64,000 nucleotides of DNA, taken from assembly GCA_044226015.1 (NCBI GenBank), contig JBGAHS010000012.1:1-64000 (forward strand), written 5' to 3'. Under the pieces are notes generated by a model. That model was not told the origin of the DNA. It ran no database searches and saw nothing but the letters and a program-made list of their open reading frames with translations. Positions 9,930-19,610 of the stretch are shown here, piece by piece. The position numbers and the translations under genes were made by a program. The stretch is from Candidatus Obscuribacteraceae bacterium (GTDB lineage Bacteria; Cyanobacteriota; Vampirovibrionia; Obscuribacterales; Obscuribacteraceae). Positions within the stretch are counted from its first letter, which is position 1, and every line of letters begins with the position of its first letter.

Positions 9930-11426
9930 TTGGAAGACTTTTCAAAAGGCTTCGGTTCCAGAGCCACTGGGCTTTTTCACGATAAAACTGAGCCTGAGCG
10001 GCAGTATGGTGGTCCCCAGTCAGGGTTGCCCCCACCGTTTCTTGTTGGGCAATCTGTTGCGCCATATCTGAACATCGGGTTGGATTACGGTAGCTACAGC
10101 TGCCGCGTCTGCACCTTTTCACAGGGGGAGGTGTATCGGCTGAACCCCTATGATTACTCTGCTCTAGTGCAAGATGCTCTAGCCATTCCCACAGGCGATT
10201 CCAACTTAGTTCATAGCATTAAGGTTCAATTGGCGGCGGGGCGCAGGCTGAAGGTCGGGGATACTGTTTATTCCCCGATCGATCTTTCTGCCGAACTACT
10301 TCGGAGAATAAAAGGTCGCATCGAATCCACTACCCAAAAGATGCTCGCAAAAGCTGTCATTTCCGTTCCGGCATCTTTTAATCATCGACAGCGAACAGCT
10401 CTGATTGAGTCTGCGGAAATTGCTGGTGTTAACGTTCTCGGTCTTATGAATGATCATTGTGCAGCAGCTCTAGACTATTGTTTTAGAGATGAAATTCGCA
10501 ACGGTATTTTTCTTGTTGTTTCAAGTGGTGTATACAGTTTTGAGATAGCGATGGTTGACGTGCAAAACGGGTTGATCGAAACCAAAGCAATCAAGACAAG
10601 CATGCAGATGTCGGGCTTCGCCGCCAATCTCGCTATGATGGATTATGTAAAAAAACATCGAGAGTTTGATGACGAAAATGCTTTGCATATTTTTGTAGAG
10701 CGGCTCAAAATCGAGCTCTCAAATAAAGCCCCTACTCTGGCGGAAAAGAACGCTCCACTGAAGCCGTCGCTCGGAAAGGAAGCCTTGAGCAAGCATCTGC
10801 ATCAGTTCAAAAAGCAATATCAAACTTTGTTTTCTGAGCTTGTGCTTGAATCTAACGTTGCAATTAGTGATGTGCAAGCTGTGATTTTTACTGGAGGGGC
10901 GGCAAGCTTTTGGATTCTGCAAGAAGCAGCGAAGGCGACTTTCCCGAACAGTCGGCTCTCTCACGCGACAGTCTCATCGGGGGCCGCTATTCAAGCCGCT
11001 TTGCTTGTTCGTGAGTTGAAAGATTGGGTGGTTTGGGATGCGTTAGCCTCGCCCGTTTATGTGGCTCAAGGCGAACGAATGAAATGTGTAATAAGTGCCA
11101 ACAGCCCCACGCCTTTGAATGTTCACATAACACTGGAAGCTGGTGAGGATGGCAAAGCTCAAGCTAGCATTTTTCAGAAGGTGATGGATGTGGGAGTTGA
11201 GAATGATCTCGTTTGCGTTGCTAAGGTTGCAGCGCAAATCCCGATTCCCGTAGCAAAAAACACGTCGGAATCGGACGGAGCGTCCGGTGACATTACTCTA
11301 TCTGTAATGGCCAATGCTGATGGCACTTTGAAGTTTTCGGCCAGATTAAGGTCGTTGGACACGAGCCTTCCTCTGGCAGTTCAGGACATGGTTGGTGTGG
11401 AAGGCGAACCTGGAGAGTTGTCCTGA
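9930..11426 (+). CDS. Divergent Hsp70-family protein
   Basis: IGLDYGS, KAVISVPASF..RQR.AL..SAEIAG, ERLKIELS, VIFTGG and GAAIQAA motifs. Start codon uncertain. Confidence 0.75.
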   Translation: MEDFSKGFGSRATGLFHDKTEPERQYGGPQSGLPPPFLVGQSVAPYLNIGLDYGSYSCRVCTFSQGEVYRLNPYDYSALVQDALAIPTGDSNLVHSIKVQLAAGRRLKVGDTVYSPIDLSAELLRRIKGRIESTTQKMLAKAVISVPASFNHRQRTALIESAEIAGVNVLGLMNDHCAAALDYCFRDEIRNGIFLVVSSGVYSFEIAMVDVQNGLIETKAIKTSMQMSGFAANLAMMDYVKKHREFDDENALHIFVERLKIELSNKAPTLAEKNAPLKPSLGKEALSKHLHQFKKQYQTLFSELVLESNVAISDVQAVIFTGGAASFWILQEAAKATFPNSRLSHATVSSGAAIQAALLVRELKDWVVWDALASPVYVAQGERMKCVISANSPTPLNVHITLEAGEDGKAQASIFQKVMDVGVENDLVCVAKVAAQIPIPVAKNTSESDGASGDITLSVMANADGTLKFSARLRSLDTSLPLAVQDMVGVEGEPGELS

Positions 11427-11593
11427 GTTTCAGTTTCGAATTGCAAATATGTCAAGTCAAGAGACGAAAAAACTGCTGGCTCAGTTTTTCGACCGCAAAG
11501 CGCAAAGAAAATCTAAGTTGAGTTGCTGAAAAGTCCTGTTTTTACAGAGCCAGAAGTGTACAATTTATATCTTTCGCGTATAGCCAGAATGAG

Positions 11594-12676
11594 TTGTCAC
11601 AGGTGACGGACAGTACGGAGCAAAAAGCAGTCAAGATAGCGGTTCTAGGAGCCGGGAGTTGGGGCGGAACGCTAGCTAGGAGTTTCGCGCTTGCTGGTAA
11701 GGATGTCAGCCTCTGGACTCGCGATGAAGAAAAGGCTGCGCACCTGAGTAAAACCAGGCTTCTCGACAAGCCGCTCTCCATTGATTTTCCGGCGTCCATT
11801 CAGATAAGCGCCGATCTTGAAGCCTGTCTTGATGACCGGCAGATCATCGTTCTGGCTTGCACTTCTCAAACTATGCGTTCTGTGGCTCATCTTGTTCGAA
11901 GTAAGCTTAAGTGCATGACGCTGAGCCCTGTCGCTGCCGGACTTGCACACACTGAGTCACTGAACAAGGCGGAAGGGCTGCCAGTACTGGTGAGCGCTGC
12001 CAAGGGGCTGGAGCTTGAGAGTTTCTTGAGAATGTCGCAAATTCTCGAAGAGATAATGCCTGAACTTTCTGTTTGCACAATGTCAGGTCCAAATCTGGCA
12101 ATGGAAATTCTAAAGGGACTGCCAACAGCTTCTGTCATCGCTTGTAAGGATGACTCCATCGCTAAATTTGTTCAACGTTCACTCAGCATTCCTACTTTGC
12201 GCCTCTACTCAAACACTGATATCAGCGGCGTGGAACTAGGTGGATCATTCAAGAACGTGATTGCTATTGCTGCAGGCGGTCTGGATGGACTGGCTCTCGG
12301 AACGAACGCAAAAGCCGCATTGATAACTCGTGGGCTGGCGGAGATGACACGTCTTGCCGTTACTCTAGGCGCTCGTGCCAATACCATGGCTGGCCTGGCT
12401 GGACTCGGTGATTTGATGGCAACTTGTTCAAGTGAGCTTTCAAGAAATTACCGCCTGGGCAAATTGATTGCCAGAGGTAGCTCCCCGCAAGAGGCAATCG
12501 AAAGCCTCGGAGCAGTAGCAGAAGGTGTTTATACTGCCAAAGCTGTATGTCAGCTGGCAGAGAAAATGAATATTGAACTTCCAATTGCAATGCAGGTCGA
12601 AGCATCTCTTCGAGGTGACTTGAGCCCGCAAAAAGCAATTTTGAACTTGATGAATCGTCCCCTTGTAAGCGAATAG
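11594..12676 (+). CDS. gpsA: NAD(P)H-dependent glycerol-3-phosphate dehydrogenase
   Basis: GAGSWG, SGPNLAME, GVELGGSFKNVIAIAAG, GLGDL.ATC and SRNY motifs. Confidence 0.96.
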   Translation: MSQVTDSTEQKAVKIAVLGAGSWGGTLARSFALAGKDVSLWTRDEEKAAHLSKTRLLDKPLSIDFPASIQISADLEACLDDRQIIVLACTSQTMRSVAHLVRSKLKCMTLSPVAAGLAHTESLNKAEGLPVLVSAAKGLELESFLRMSQILEEIMPELSVCTMSGPNLAMEILKGLPTASVIACKDDSIAKFVQRSLSIPTLRLYSNTDISGVELGGSFKNVIAIAAGGLDGLALGTNAKAALITRGLAEMTRLAVTLGARANTMAGLAGLGDLMATCSSELSRNYRLGKLIARGSSPQEAIESLGAVAEGVYTAKAVCQLAEKMNIELPIAMQVEASLRGDLSPQKAILNLMNRPLVSE

Positions 12677-12683
12677 GTGAAAT

Positions 12684-13925
12684 GTGAGCAAACGTGTTTT
12701 GATGTTAGCCTGGGAATATCCGCCACGAATTATCGGTGGATTGGCCAGAGTTGTTGCACAGCTGTCATGGAAAATGGCTGCCCAGGGCTGGGAAGTTCAT
12801 GTTGTCACTGCTGACCATCCGGGTGCTGCTGAGCATGAAATCGAACATGGAGTGCATGTTCACCGTGTGAAAACACAAACAGACCCTACTCCAGATTTTC
12901 TTACCTGGGTTCATCGCCTGAATTACGGTCTTTTGCAGTACGCGATCGAATTGCATCAGAAGCATCCGTTTGATATTGTGCACGCTCATGATTGGATGGT
13001 ATGTGATGCGGCTTGGGTGATGAAACGTGGTTTCGGGCTGCCGCTTGTGTCTACTATGCATGCGACAGAAGCCGGTCGCATGAAGGGGTTGCACACCGAT
13101 TTACAGCGTTATATCAATCAGCTCGAATGGCGATTGACTTTTGAATCATGGCGAGTAATTGTGAACAGCCAGCACATGCACCAGGAGTTGCAGGGCTTGT
13201 TCAATGTGCCACCAGATAAACTATCAGTGATACCAAATGGTATTGACCCTGAAGTATTTGATTTCGAGTACGATCCACATCCATTGCGCAGTCAGTTCGC
13301 TGCAGATCACGAAAAGATTGTTCTCTTCGTAGGTCGAATGGTAATGGAAAAAGGTGTACAGGTCATGCTGCACGCTATTCCATCAGTAGTGTACGAGTGT
13401 CCTGGCACCAAGTTCCTCTGCGTTGGCACTGGCTATTATCTTGATGAACTTAAGGGCATGGCGGAAGGTCTCAACATCAGCCATGATGTGAAATTCCTTG
13501 GCTATGTGAGCGACCCAGATTTGCTGCGCTTGTTCAAGATTGCAGATGCAGTTTGTATCCCAAGTCTATATGAGCCTTTCGGTATTGTTGCTCTTGAAGG
13601 AATGGCTGCAAAAGTTCCAGTCGTGACTTCAGACACCGGCGGGCTGCCTGACTTCGTTGAGAATTTCGCAAATGGTATCACTACCTACACCGACAACGCA
13701 CAAAGTTTGAGTTGGGGATTGTTGCAAGTATTGCGCAATCCAGAACTTGCTGAGCGCTTGAAGGCAGAAGGTTATCATCGCGTTTCAACAATTTATAACT
13801 GGAAGATTATTGCTCAGCATACTCTCGAAGTGTATGAGCAAGTTCTGGCTGAATCGAAAAACGTGAGTCCAGGAAATGGAGTCGGCGATAAGCAAGCTGT
13901 GAGTTCGGCAAGCAAAAAGGCATAG
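12684..13925 (+). CDS. Glycosyltransferase family 4
   Basis: WEYPPRIIGGL, HAHDW, IPNGID and PSLYEPFGIVALEGMA motifs. Confidence 0.92.
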   Translation: MSKRVLMLAWEYPPRIIGGLARVVAQLSWKMAAQGWEVHVVTADHPGAAEHEIEHGVHVHRVKTQTDPTPDFLTWVHRLNYGLLQYAIELHQKHPFDIVHAHDWMVCDAAWVMKRGFGLPLVSTMHATEAGRMKGLHTDLQRYINQLEWRLTFESWRVIVNSQHMHQELQGLFNVPPDKLSVIPNGIDPEVFDFEYDPHPLRSQFAADHEKIVLFVGRMVMEKGVQVMLHAIPSVVYECPGTKFLCVGTGYYLDELKGMAEGLNISHDVKFLGYVSDPDLLRLFKIADAVCIPSLYEPFGIVALEGMAAKVPVVTSDTGGLPDFVENFANGITTYTDNAQSLSWGLLQVLRNPELAERLKAEGYHRVSTIYNWKIIAQHTLEVYEQVLAESKNVSPGNGVGDKQAVSSASKKA

Positions 13926-13989
13926 GTATCTAGCGCACATGCGCACTCTGACTCAGATTTAAGTAAGCGAAAAACTGGAGGAAGACAAA

Positions 13990-16557
13990 ATGAAGGCAGT
14001 AATCATGGCTGGGGGATCTGGTACAAGGCTTCGTCCTTTGACCTGCCATCTGCCCAAGCCGATGGTTCCCGTAGTGAACAAGCCGATGTCGGAGCACATT
14101 GTAAATTTGCTCAAGAAGCATGACTTCAATGACATCATATTTACCTTGTTCTATCTGCCGCAGGCTATCAGCGATTACTTCGGTGACGGATCTGACTTTG
14201 ACTGCAAAATACGATATTCAACAGAAGAAGGTAAGCCGCTGGGTACAGCTGGCTGCGTCAAGCAGATTCAAGACATGCTTGATGAAACCTTCATCGTTAT
14301 CTCCGGAGACGGGCTTACCGACATCGATTTGACCAAAGCTCTTGAGTTTCACAAAGCGCAAAAGTCAAAAGCAACACTAGTGTTGAAGAGGGTCGAAAAC
14401 CCGCTCGACTATGGGGTGGTAATCACAGACAAAACTGGACGCATTCAGCGATTTGTCGAAAAGCCAGGCGCAAGTGAAATCTTCTCTGACACGGTCAACA
14501 CCGGCATCTACATTCTCGAACCAGAAGTTCTGCGTTATGTAGTTATGGGTCGCGAGCAAGATTTTTCGAATGACCTTTTCCCGCTGCTCTTGCTGCGCAA
14601 CGAGCCCATGTTCGGTTATGTCGCTGATGGCTACTGGTGTGATATCGGCAACCTGGCAGTATACAGGCAGGCGCACGCCGATATTCTCGATGGAAAAATG
14701 CAAATCGACCTTGACCTTCCGCAAATCTCGCCTGGCATCTGGGTTGGTGAAGGCACGGAGATTGACTCTTCAGTAAAACTGACAGCCCCCATACTCATAG
14801 GAAAAAATTGCCGAATTGGTAAAGATGTTGAGTTGGCACCACATACGGTGATTGGCGATAACGTTATAGTTCAGGAAAAAGCTACTCTAAAGCATCCTGT
14901 AATCTGGGCTTCAAGCTATCTAGGCAATGGAACCGCTCTGCGCGCATGTATTGTTTGCAACAACGCGAGCATTCACCGCGGAGCAGAGCTTCTCGAAGGG
15001 GCAGTTATTGGTTCCAAGTCAGTCATAGGTGAAGAGGCGCGTGTCGACCCCGATGTGCGCATCTGGCCTGACAAGGCAATCGATGCTGGTGCGCAGGTTC
15101 CCAGTTCTGTCATTTGGGGAACCAGAGCGCCGCGAAGTTTGTTTGGTGCCAACGGTGTAGTTGGTATCGCCAACGTAGAAATTACACCCGAGTTTGCTGT
15201 GACACTAGCCGCCGCCTATGGTGCCACTCTTAAAGGTGGACATGTTCTGGTTAGTAGAGATTACTGGCCAGTTAGCCGCATGATAAGCCGCGCTGTTGTT
15301 TCTGGATTAATGAGCGTCGGTGTAGACGTTCACAACCTTGAAGCTATGCCTCTGCCTATTGCGCGTCATTATGTGAAAACTCAAAGAGCTGCAGGGCTTG
15401 TTCACACGAGAATCTCTCAGCGAGATAGCGGCAAAGTCAAAGTTGAGTTTTTTGATAGCGCAGGTATTGCTATCACCAAGGCAATGGAAAGAAAAATTGA
15501 GGGTACTTTCTTCAAAGAAGATTTCCCCCGTTGCTTGCCTCAGGATATTGGTGACATAAGCTATCCAAGCCGCGTGCGCGAATATTATATTGATGAATAC
15601 TTGCACCATGTGAAGGGTCAAGTTTTCGAACAAGACAAAGTCGCTTTTTGCGTAGTGCCAGGTTCAAACTATAACCGCGTCACCAAGGATGGTGCTCTAA
15701 TTACACGTCCGCCGACTGCTGTCCTCGACTACGCCATGGCTGAAACAGGAGTAATTCTTCCTGATTTGCTAGGGCAATTAGGTATAGAAACAGTCGTATT
15801 GAATGCTTCAATCAGGGGTAATCCTCCTAAACAAGAAGAGCGTCTTGCGATGCGAAAGCAGCTTGCTGATGTTGTAAGAGCCTTGAATGCTGACCTCGGT
15901 GCTCAAATCGGGCGTAATGGAGAGCAAGCTACTCTTGTGGATGAGACTGGTCAAGTCATTCGTGGCGAACTCTTGCTTGCAACAATTGCCGACATTATTT
16001 TGCGTGACAAACACGGCAAATCTATTGTTGTGCCGGTTAATGCAAGCTCGGCGATAGAGAGAATAGCTGCGCGATATGACTGTAAGGTTATTCGCTGCAA
16101 AGCATCAGAAACCGAAATTGGCAGTTCGACTTCGAAGACACCAGATGTCGTTCTGGGTGGCAGTGCAAACGGATGCTTTATTTTCCCTGAGTTCCAGAAT
16201 GGTTACGATGCGATGTTCACAGTTGGGCAGGTTCTTGAGCATCTGACTTACCAGGGACGCACACTTCATCAGGCTGTTTCGGAGCTGCCACCGCTAGTCT
16301 ATCAAGTCGATTCGGTTCATTGCCCATGGGAGCGCAAGGGTCGCGTTATGCGATTGCTTGTGGAAAAAAATCAGAACCGACCGATGGAATTGCTCGATGG
16401 CGTTAAGATTCAGACTCGGCCTGACCACTGGATTTTAGTTTTACCAGACGCTGTTGAACCTCTGGTTCATGTCTATGCCGACGGAACCGACCTCCAGCAA
16501 ACTTCTCGGGATTTGAGTGAGTTTTCTGAAATGGTGCGATATTTCCAACACGCATGA
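13990..16557 (+). CDS. Sugar-phosphate nucleotidyltransferase (mannose-1-P guanylyltransferase-like) fused to a hexapeptide region and a phosphohexomutase-fold domain
   Basis: MAGGSGTRLRPLT..LPKPM, PLGTAG, FVEKP and YWCDIG motifs; LbH repeats; LFGANGVVG.AN PGM N-terminus. Confidence 0.9.
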   Translation: MKAVIMAGGSGTRLRPLTCHLPKPMVPVVNKPMSEHIVNLLKKHDFNDIIFTLFYLPQAISDYFGDGSDFDCKIRYSTEEGKPLGTAGCVKQIQDMLDETFIVISGDGLTDIDLTKALEFHKAQKSKATLVLKRVENPLDYGVVITDKTGRIQRFVEKPGASEIFSDTVNTGIYILEPEVLRYVVMGREQDFSNDLFPLLLLRNEPMFGYVADGYWCDIGNLAVYRQAHADILDGKMQIDLDLPQISPGIWVGEGTEIDSSVKLTAPILIGKNCRIGKDVELAPHTVIGDNVIVQEKATLKHPVIWASSYLGNGTALRACIVCNNASIHRGAELLEGAVIGSKSVIGEEARVDPDVRIWPDKAIDAGAQVPSSVIWGTRAPRSLFGANGVVGIANVEITPEFAVTLAAAYGATLKGGHVLVSRDYWPVSRMISRAVVSGLMSVGVDVHNLEAMPLPIARHYVKTQRAAGLVHTRISQRDSGKVKVEFFDSAGIAITKAMERKIEGTFFKEDFPRCLPQDIGDISYPSRVREYYIDEYLHHVKGQVFEQDKVAFCVVPGSNYNRVTKDGALITRPPTAVLDYAMAETGVILPDLLGQLGIETVVLNASIRGNPPKQEERLAMRKQLADVVRALNADLGAQIGRNGEQATLVDETGQVIRGELLLATIADIILRDKHGKSIVVPVNASSAIERIAARYDCKVIRCKASETEIGSSTSKTPDVVLGGSANGCFIFPEFQNGYDAMFTVGQVLEHLTYQGRTLHQAVSELPPLVYQVDSVHCPWERKGRVMRLLVEKNQNRPMELLDGVKIQTRPDHWILVLPDAVEPLVHVYADGTDLQQTSRDLSEFSEMVRYFQHA

Positions 16558-16632
16558 AAAAAATCTAGTTAGGTACTGGTTTTCTTGGCGTTTTGGTGGT
16601 AATACTGAATCAGGGATATTAGAGGACTCAAG

Positions 16633-18369
16633 ATGGAATCTGGCGATATGCTCAAGCAATTGCTTGAGAAATTCTCAAACGAGACAGCCTTGATTGAAGA
16701 GGAATACAGGCTCATCGATGAGAAGATTAGCCAGCTTGAGCAGCGGCTTGCGGAATGTCGCGAAAAGAGAGAGCAAGTCGCCGTTGATCGCGAGAGAGTT
16801 CTGCACATTCGTGATAGGTACATGAGTGGCTTTACGGATCTGCCACCTCTGCCAAGTCTTCCGGTAAAGTCTAAAAGTGAAGCAGCCAATGCCGCAGCAG
16901 TGAACGCTGCGGTTGCTGCCGCTCTCAGCCCACCGCCAGTAGCTCCGCCACCTGCCGACCCGGTCCCGGCTCAAGCTCCAACGGAGGTCAAGCCAGCTGC
17001 CGTTAAGGTCACGCGCACTAAGATTATCGGGCAAGGAACTGGAAGTGAAGTCGCTGACCCGGGCGCTCCTGTGGTCAGTTCGGTCAGCGCACGCCGCGCT
17101 GCAAGAGCAGAGGAAGAAGCGAAAGCCGCAGAGGCCGCTCGACTTGAGGCGGAAGCTAAGGCCGAGGCTGAGAAAGCTGAAGCTGCAAGGCTTGAGGCAG
17201 AACGAACGGAACAGGCACGCCAGGAAGCCGAGCGCGCTGAGGCGGCTCGTCTTGAAGCTGAACGCGCTGAGTTAGCCCGTCAGGAAGCTGAACGTGCAGA
17301 GCATGCACGCCAGGAAGCAGAGCATGCACGCCAGGAAGCAGAACGTGCAGAACAGGCTCGCAGGGAAGCTGAAATGGCTGAGCAGGCAAGGCTTGAGGCT
17401 GAACGAGCAGAAGCTGAAGCTGCCGCTCGTGCCTTTGCCGAGGCAGAAGCCGCCGCGCAAGCTCTGGCACAGGCAGAGGCTGAAGCGCGAGCCGCTGTCG
17501 AGGCTGAAACAGCTCGCCAGGCTGCAGAGGCTGCACGGCAAGCTGCAGAAGCCGAAGCACGAGCTCGTGCTGAAGAAGAAGCCAGAGCCAGAGCAGAAGA
17601 AGAAGCCAGGGAAGCCGCCGCTCGAGCCGCTGCAGAGGCGCAGGCTGCCCAGGCTGCAGCTGCCCAAGCCGCTGCTCAAGCTGCCGCACAAGCCGCAGCA
17701 CAAGCTGCTGCACAAGCCTCTGCTCAAGCTGCAGTTCAACAGCAACAGGTGCAGCAGCCCGTCTGGGGTGCTCCTCAAGCTGAAGCTTCATGGGGAGAGC
17801 CTTCTGACACGTCGTGGGCAACGACACCTGAGGCTGATGGTGGATGGAGCACCGCAAATCCTGAGTCTGATTGGGCTTCGACTAATGATGGCTGGACCCA
17901 TACAAATACAGCACCGAACTCATGGGGTTCGGAGGCCGCGCCGGACGCTGGCTGGGCCACGACAGAGCCCCAAGCTCAGAGCTGGGATGAGAACAGTGGA
18001 CAACAACAGAGCACTGATTGGACCCTGCCAGAGCAACAAGAAGCCGAGTGGGACACACAGGGTGCCACTGAGCCTGATTGGGCTACCACTGCAAACGCCT
18101 GGACAGCTGAAGATTGGCCGCAATCAACCACAGACCCCACCTATGATGATTGGCAAGATCCAAACGGAACTCAGCAAATGCCAGTCTCTGCTGAAGATGA
18201 TGAGCAGATGAGAACTCAGCAGCTTCAGGTTGCAAGTCCTCAGGCACCTTCTAACAGCAAAGCTGCCGCTGCTGGAAATGTTGACCTTGGTGCCAGCGAA
18301 GGTGGCGAGGAAAATGACAGCGAGACAGTCAAGAGTATAAATGACGCGCTTCGCAGCCTTTTCCGTTAG
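16633..18369 (+). CDS. Hypothetical coiled-coil / low-complexity protein
   Basis: GAGG RBS. N-terminal coiled coil, Pro-rich linker, E/A/R helix repeats, acidic Trp-periodic tail and terminal helix. Confidence 0.8.
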   Translation: MESGDMLKQLLEKFSNETALIEEEYRLIDEKISQLEQRLAECREKREQVAVDRERVLHIRDRYMSGFTDLPPLPSLPVKSKSEAANAAAVNAAVAAALSPPPVAPPPADPVPAQAPTEVKPAAVKVTRTKIIGQGTGSEVADPGAPVVSSVSARRAARAEEEAKAAEAARLEAEAKAEAEKAEAARLEAERTEQARQEAERAEAARLEAERAELARQEAERAEHARQEAEHARQEAERAEQARREAEMAEQARLEAERAEAEAAARAFAEAEAAAQALAQAEAEARAAVEAETARQAAEAARQAAEAEARARAEEEARARAEEEAREAAARAAAEAQAAQAAAAQAAAQAAAQAAAQAAAQASAQAAVQQQQVQQPVWGAPQAEASWGEPSDTSWATTPEADGGWSTANPESDWASTNDGWTHTNTAPNSWGSEAAPDAGWATTEPQAQSWDENSGQQQSTDWTLPEQQEAEWDTQGATEPDWATTANAWTAEDWPQSTTDPTYDDWQDPNGTQQMPVSAEDDEQMRTQQLQVASPQAPSNSKAAAAGNVDLGASEGGEENDSETVKSINDALRSLFR

Positions 18370-18447
18370 AAAGCATCAATAATCAGCTTCAAACACTTTG
18401 CTAAGATTTACCCGTTTCTTAGTCTAGAAAAGGGCACGCAAAGAGCA

Positions 18448-18660
18448 ATGAAGCAGATCAACGCAATGATGGCCGGCACGGTTGTAGAAGTTCTCGTAGC
18501 CGTTGGAGATACCGTTAGCCTCAACCAGGATGTAGTCATCATCGAGTCGATGAAGATGCAGATGCCTGTCACCTCTGAAGTGGAAGGTACAGTTGCAGAA
18601 ATAAAAGTTGCCGCCGGTGACTTCATTAACGAAGGTGATGTCATCATCGTTCTGAACTAG
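18448..18660 (+). CDS. Stand-alone biotin carboxyl carrier protein
   Basis: 70-aa biotinyl domain with IESMKMQ. Confidence 0.9.
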   Translation: MKQINAMMAGTVVEVLVAVGDTVSLNQDVVIIESMKMQMPVTSEVEGTVAEIKVAAGDFINEGDVIIVLN

Positions 18661-18662
18661 TC

Positions 18663-19610
18663 ATGAAAATGAATCTTCCGTCAAAAGTTACTATAGTAGA
18701 GGTCGGTCCTCGCGACGGGCTTCAAAACGAAGCAAACAGTCTTTCAGTAGACGACAAAACTAGATTGATAACAGCTCTGGCTGATGCTGGTTTGAGTCGA
18801 ATTGAAATAGGTTCGTTTGTGAGCCCAAAGTGGATACCGCAAATGGCCGACAGCGGCCAGTTGGCGAAGTCGTTGCAACTGCCCGGCGTGCGCAAATCTG
18901 CGCTGGTGCCAAACGATAAGGGCTACGAGTCAGCTCTGGAAACAGGCTTGAAAGAAATCGCTCTTTTCATGTCGGCGACTGAGTCACACAACAAGAAGAA
19001 CATAAATAAGAGTACTGCTGAAGCGGTGGAAACTCTCAGTGGGCTGGCCAAAAGAGCACGAGCCGACAAATTGTTTATTCGCTGCTATCTTTCCGTTGTT
19101 TTTGTTTGTCCTTATGAAGGAAAGACAGACCCTGGCAAAGTAGAAGAGCTGGTTAAACAACTTGTTGATATCGGCATAGATGAGCTTTCTCTGGGTGATA
19201 CTATCGGTGGTGCTACTCCGAGCGATGTCTGGAACATACTGGAGCGGCTTGAAAACTCAGTTCCGAAAGAAAAGCTGGCACTTCATTTTCATGACACGAG
19301 AGGGACAGCTCTAGCTAATGTTCTTGCGGGGCTTGAGGCTGGTATCAGTATTTATGACTCCAGTATTGGTGGCATGGGGGGCTGTCCTTATGCGCCTGGT
19401 GCAGCGGGCAATCTAGCTACTGAAGATCTCGCATACATGCTCGATGGAATGGGTATTGAAACGGGAATCAATCTCGACAAGCTGATTGCAGCTGGTGAGT
19501 TAGCAGAACAATTAGTACAACACAAACTGACCGGGAGGTATTTGCAGGCATGTCTGGCGAGTCGAGCAAAGTCCTTGAAAAAGGAAGAAACGAAGGTGGC
19601 ACAGAAGTGA
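18663..19610 (+). CDS. Hydroxymethylglutaryl-CoA lyase
   Basis: EVGPRDGLQNE, LGDTIG, HFHDTRG and GGCPYAPGAAGNLATED motifs. Confidence 0.95.
   Translation: MKMNLPSKVTIVEVGPRDGLQNEANSLSVDDKTRLITALADAGLSRIEIGSFVSPKWIPQMADSGQLAKSLQLPGVRKSALVPNDKGYESALETGLKEIALFMSATESHNKKNINKSTAEAVETLSGLAKRARADKLFIRCYLSVVFVCPYEGKTDPGKVEELVKQLVDIGIDELSLGDTIGGATPSDVWNILERLENSVPKEKLALHFHDTRGTALANVLAGLEAGISIYDSSIGGMGGCPYAPGAAGNLATEDLAYMLDGMGIETGINLDKLIAAGELAEQLVQHKLTGRYLQACLASRAKSLKKEETKVAQK

Noticed and set aside
11468..11489. AAAAACTG/CAGTTTTT hairpin after the Hsp70-like gene
   Set aside because: The stem is AT-rich and weak; not enough support to call a terminator.
17156..18211. Overlapping 233-aa, 168-aa and 305-aa ORFs
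   Set aside because: Shadows of the low-complexity E/A/R coding sequence with no recognisable motifs.
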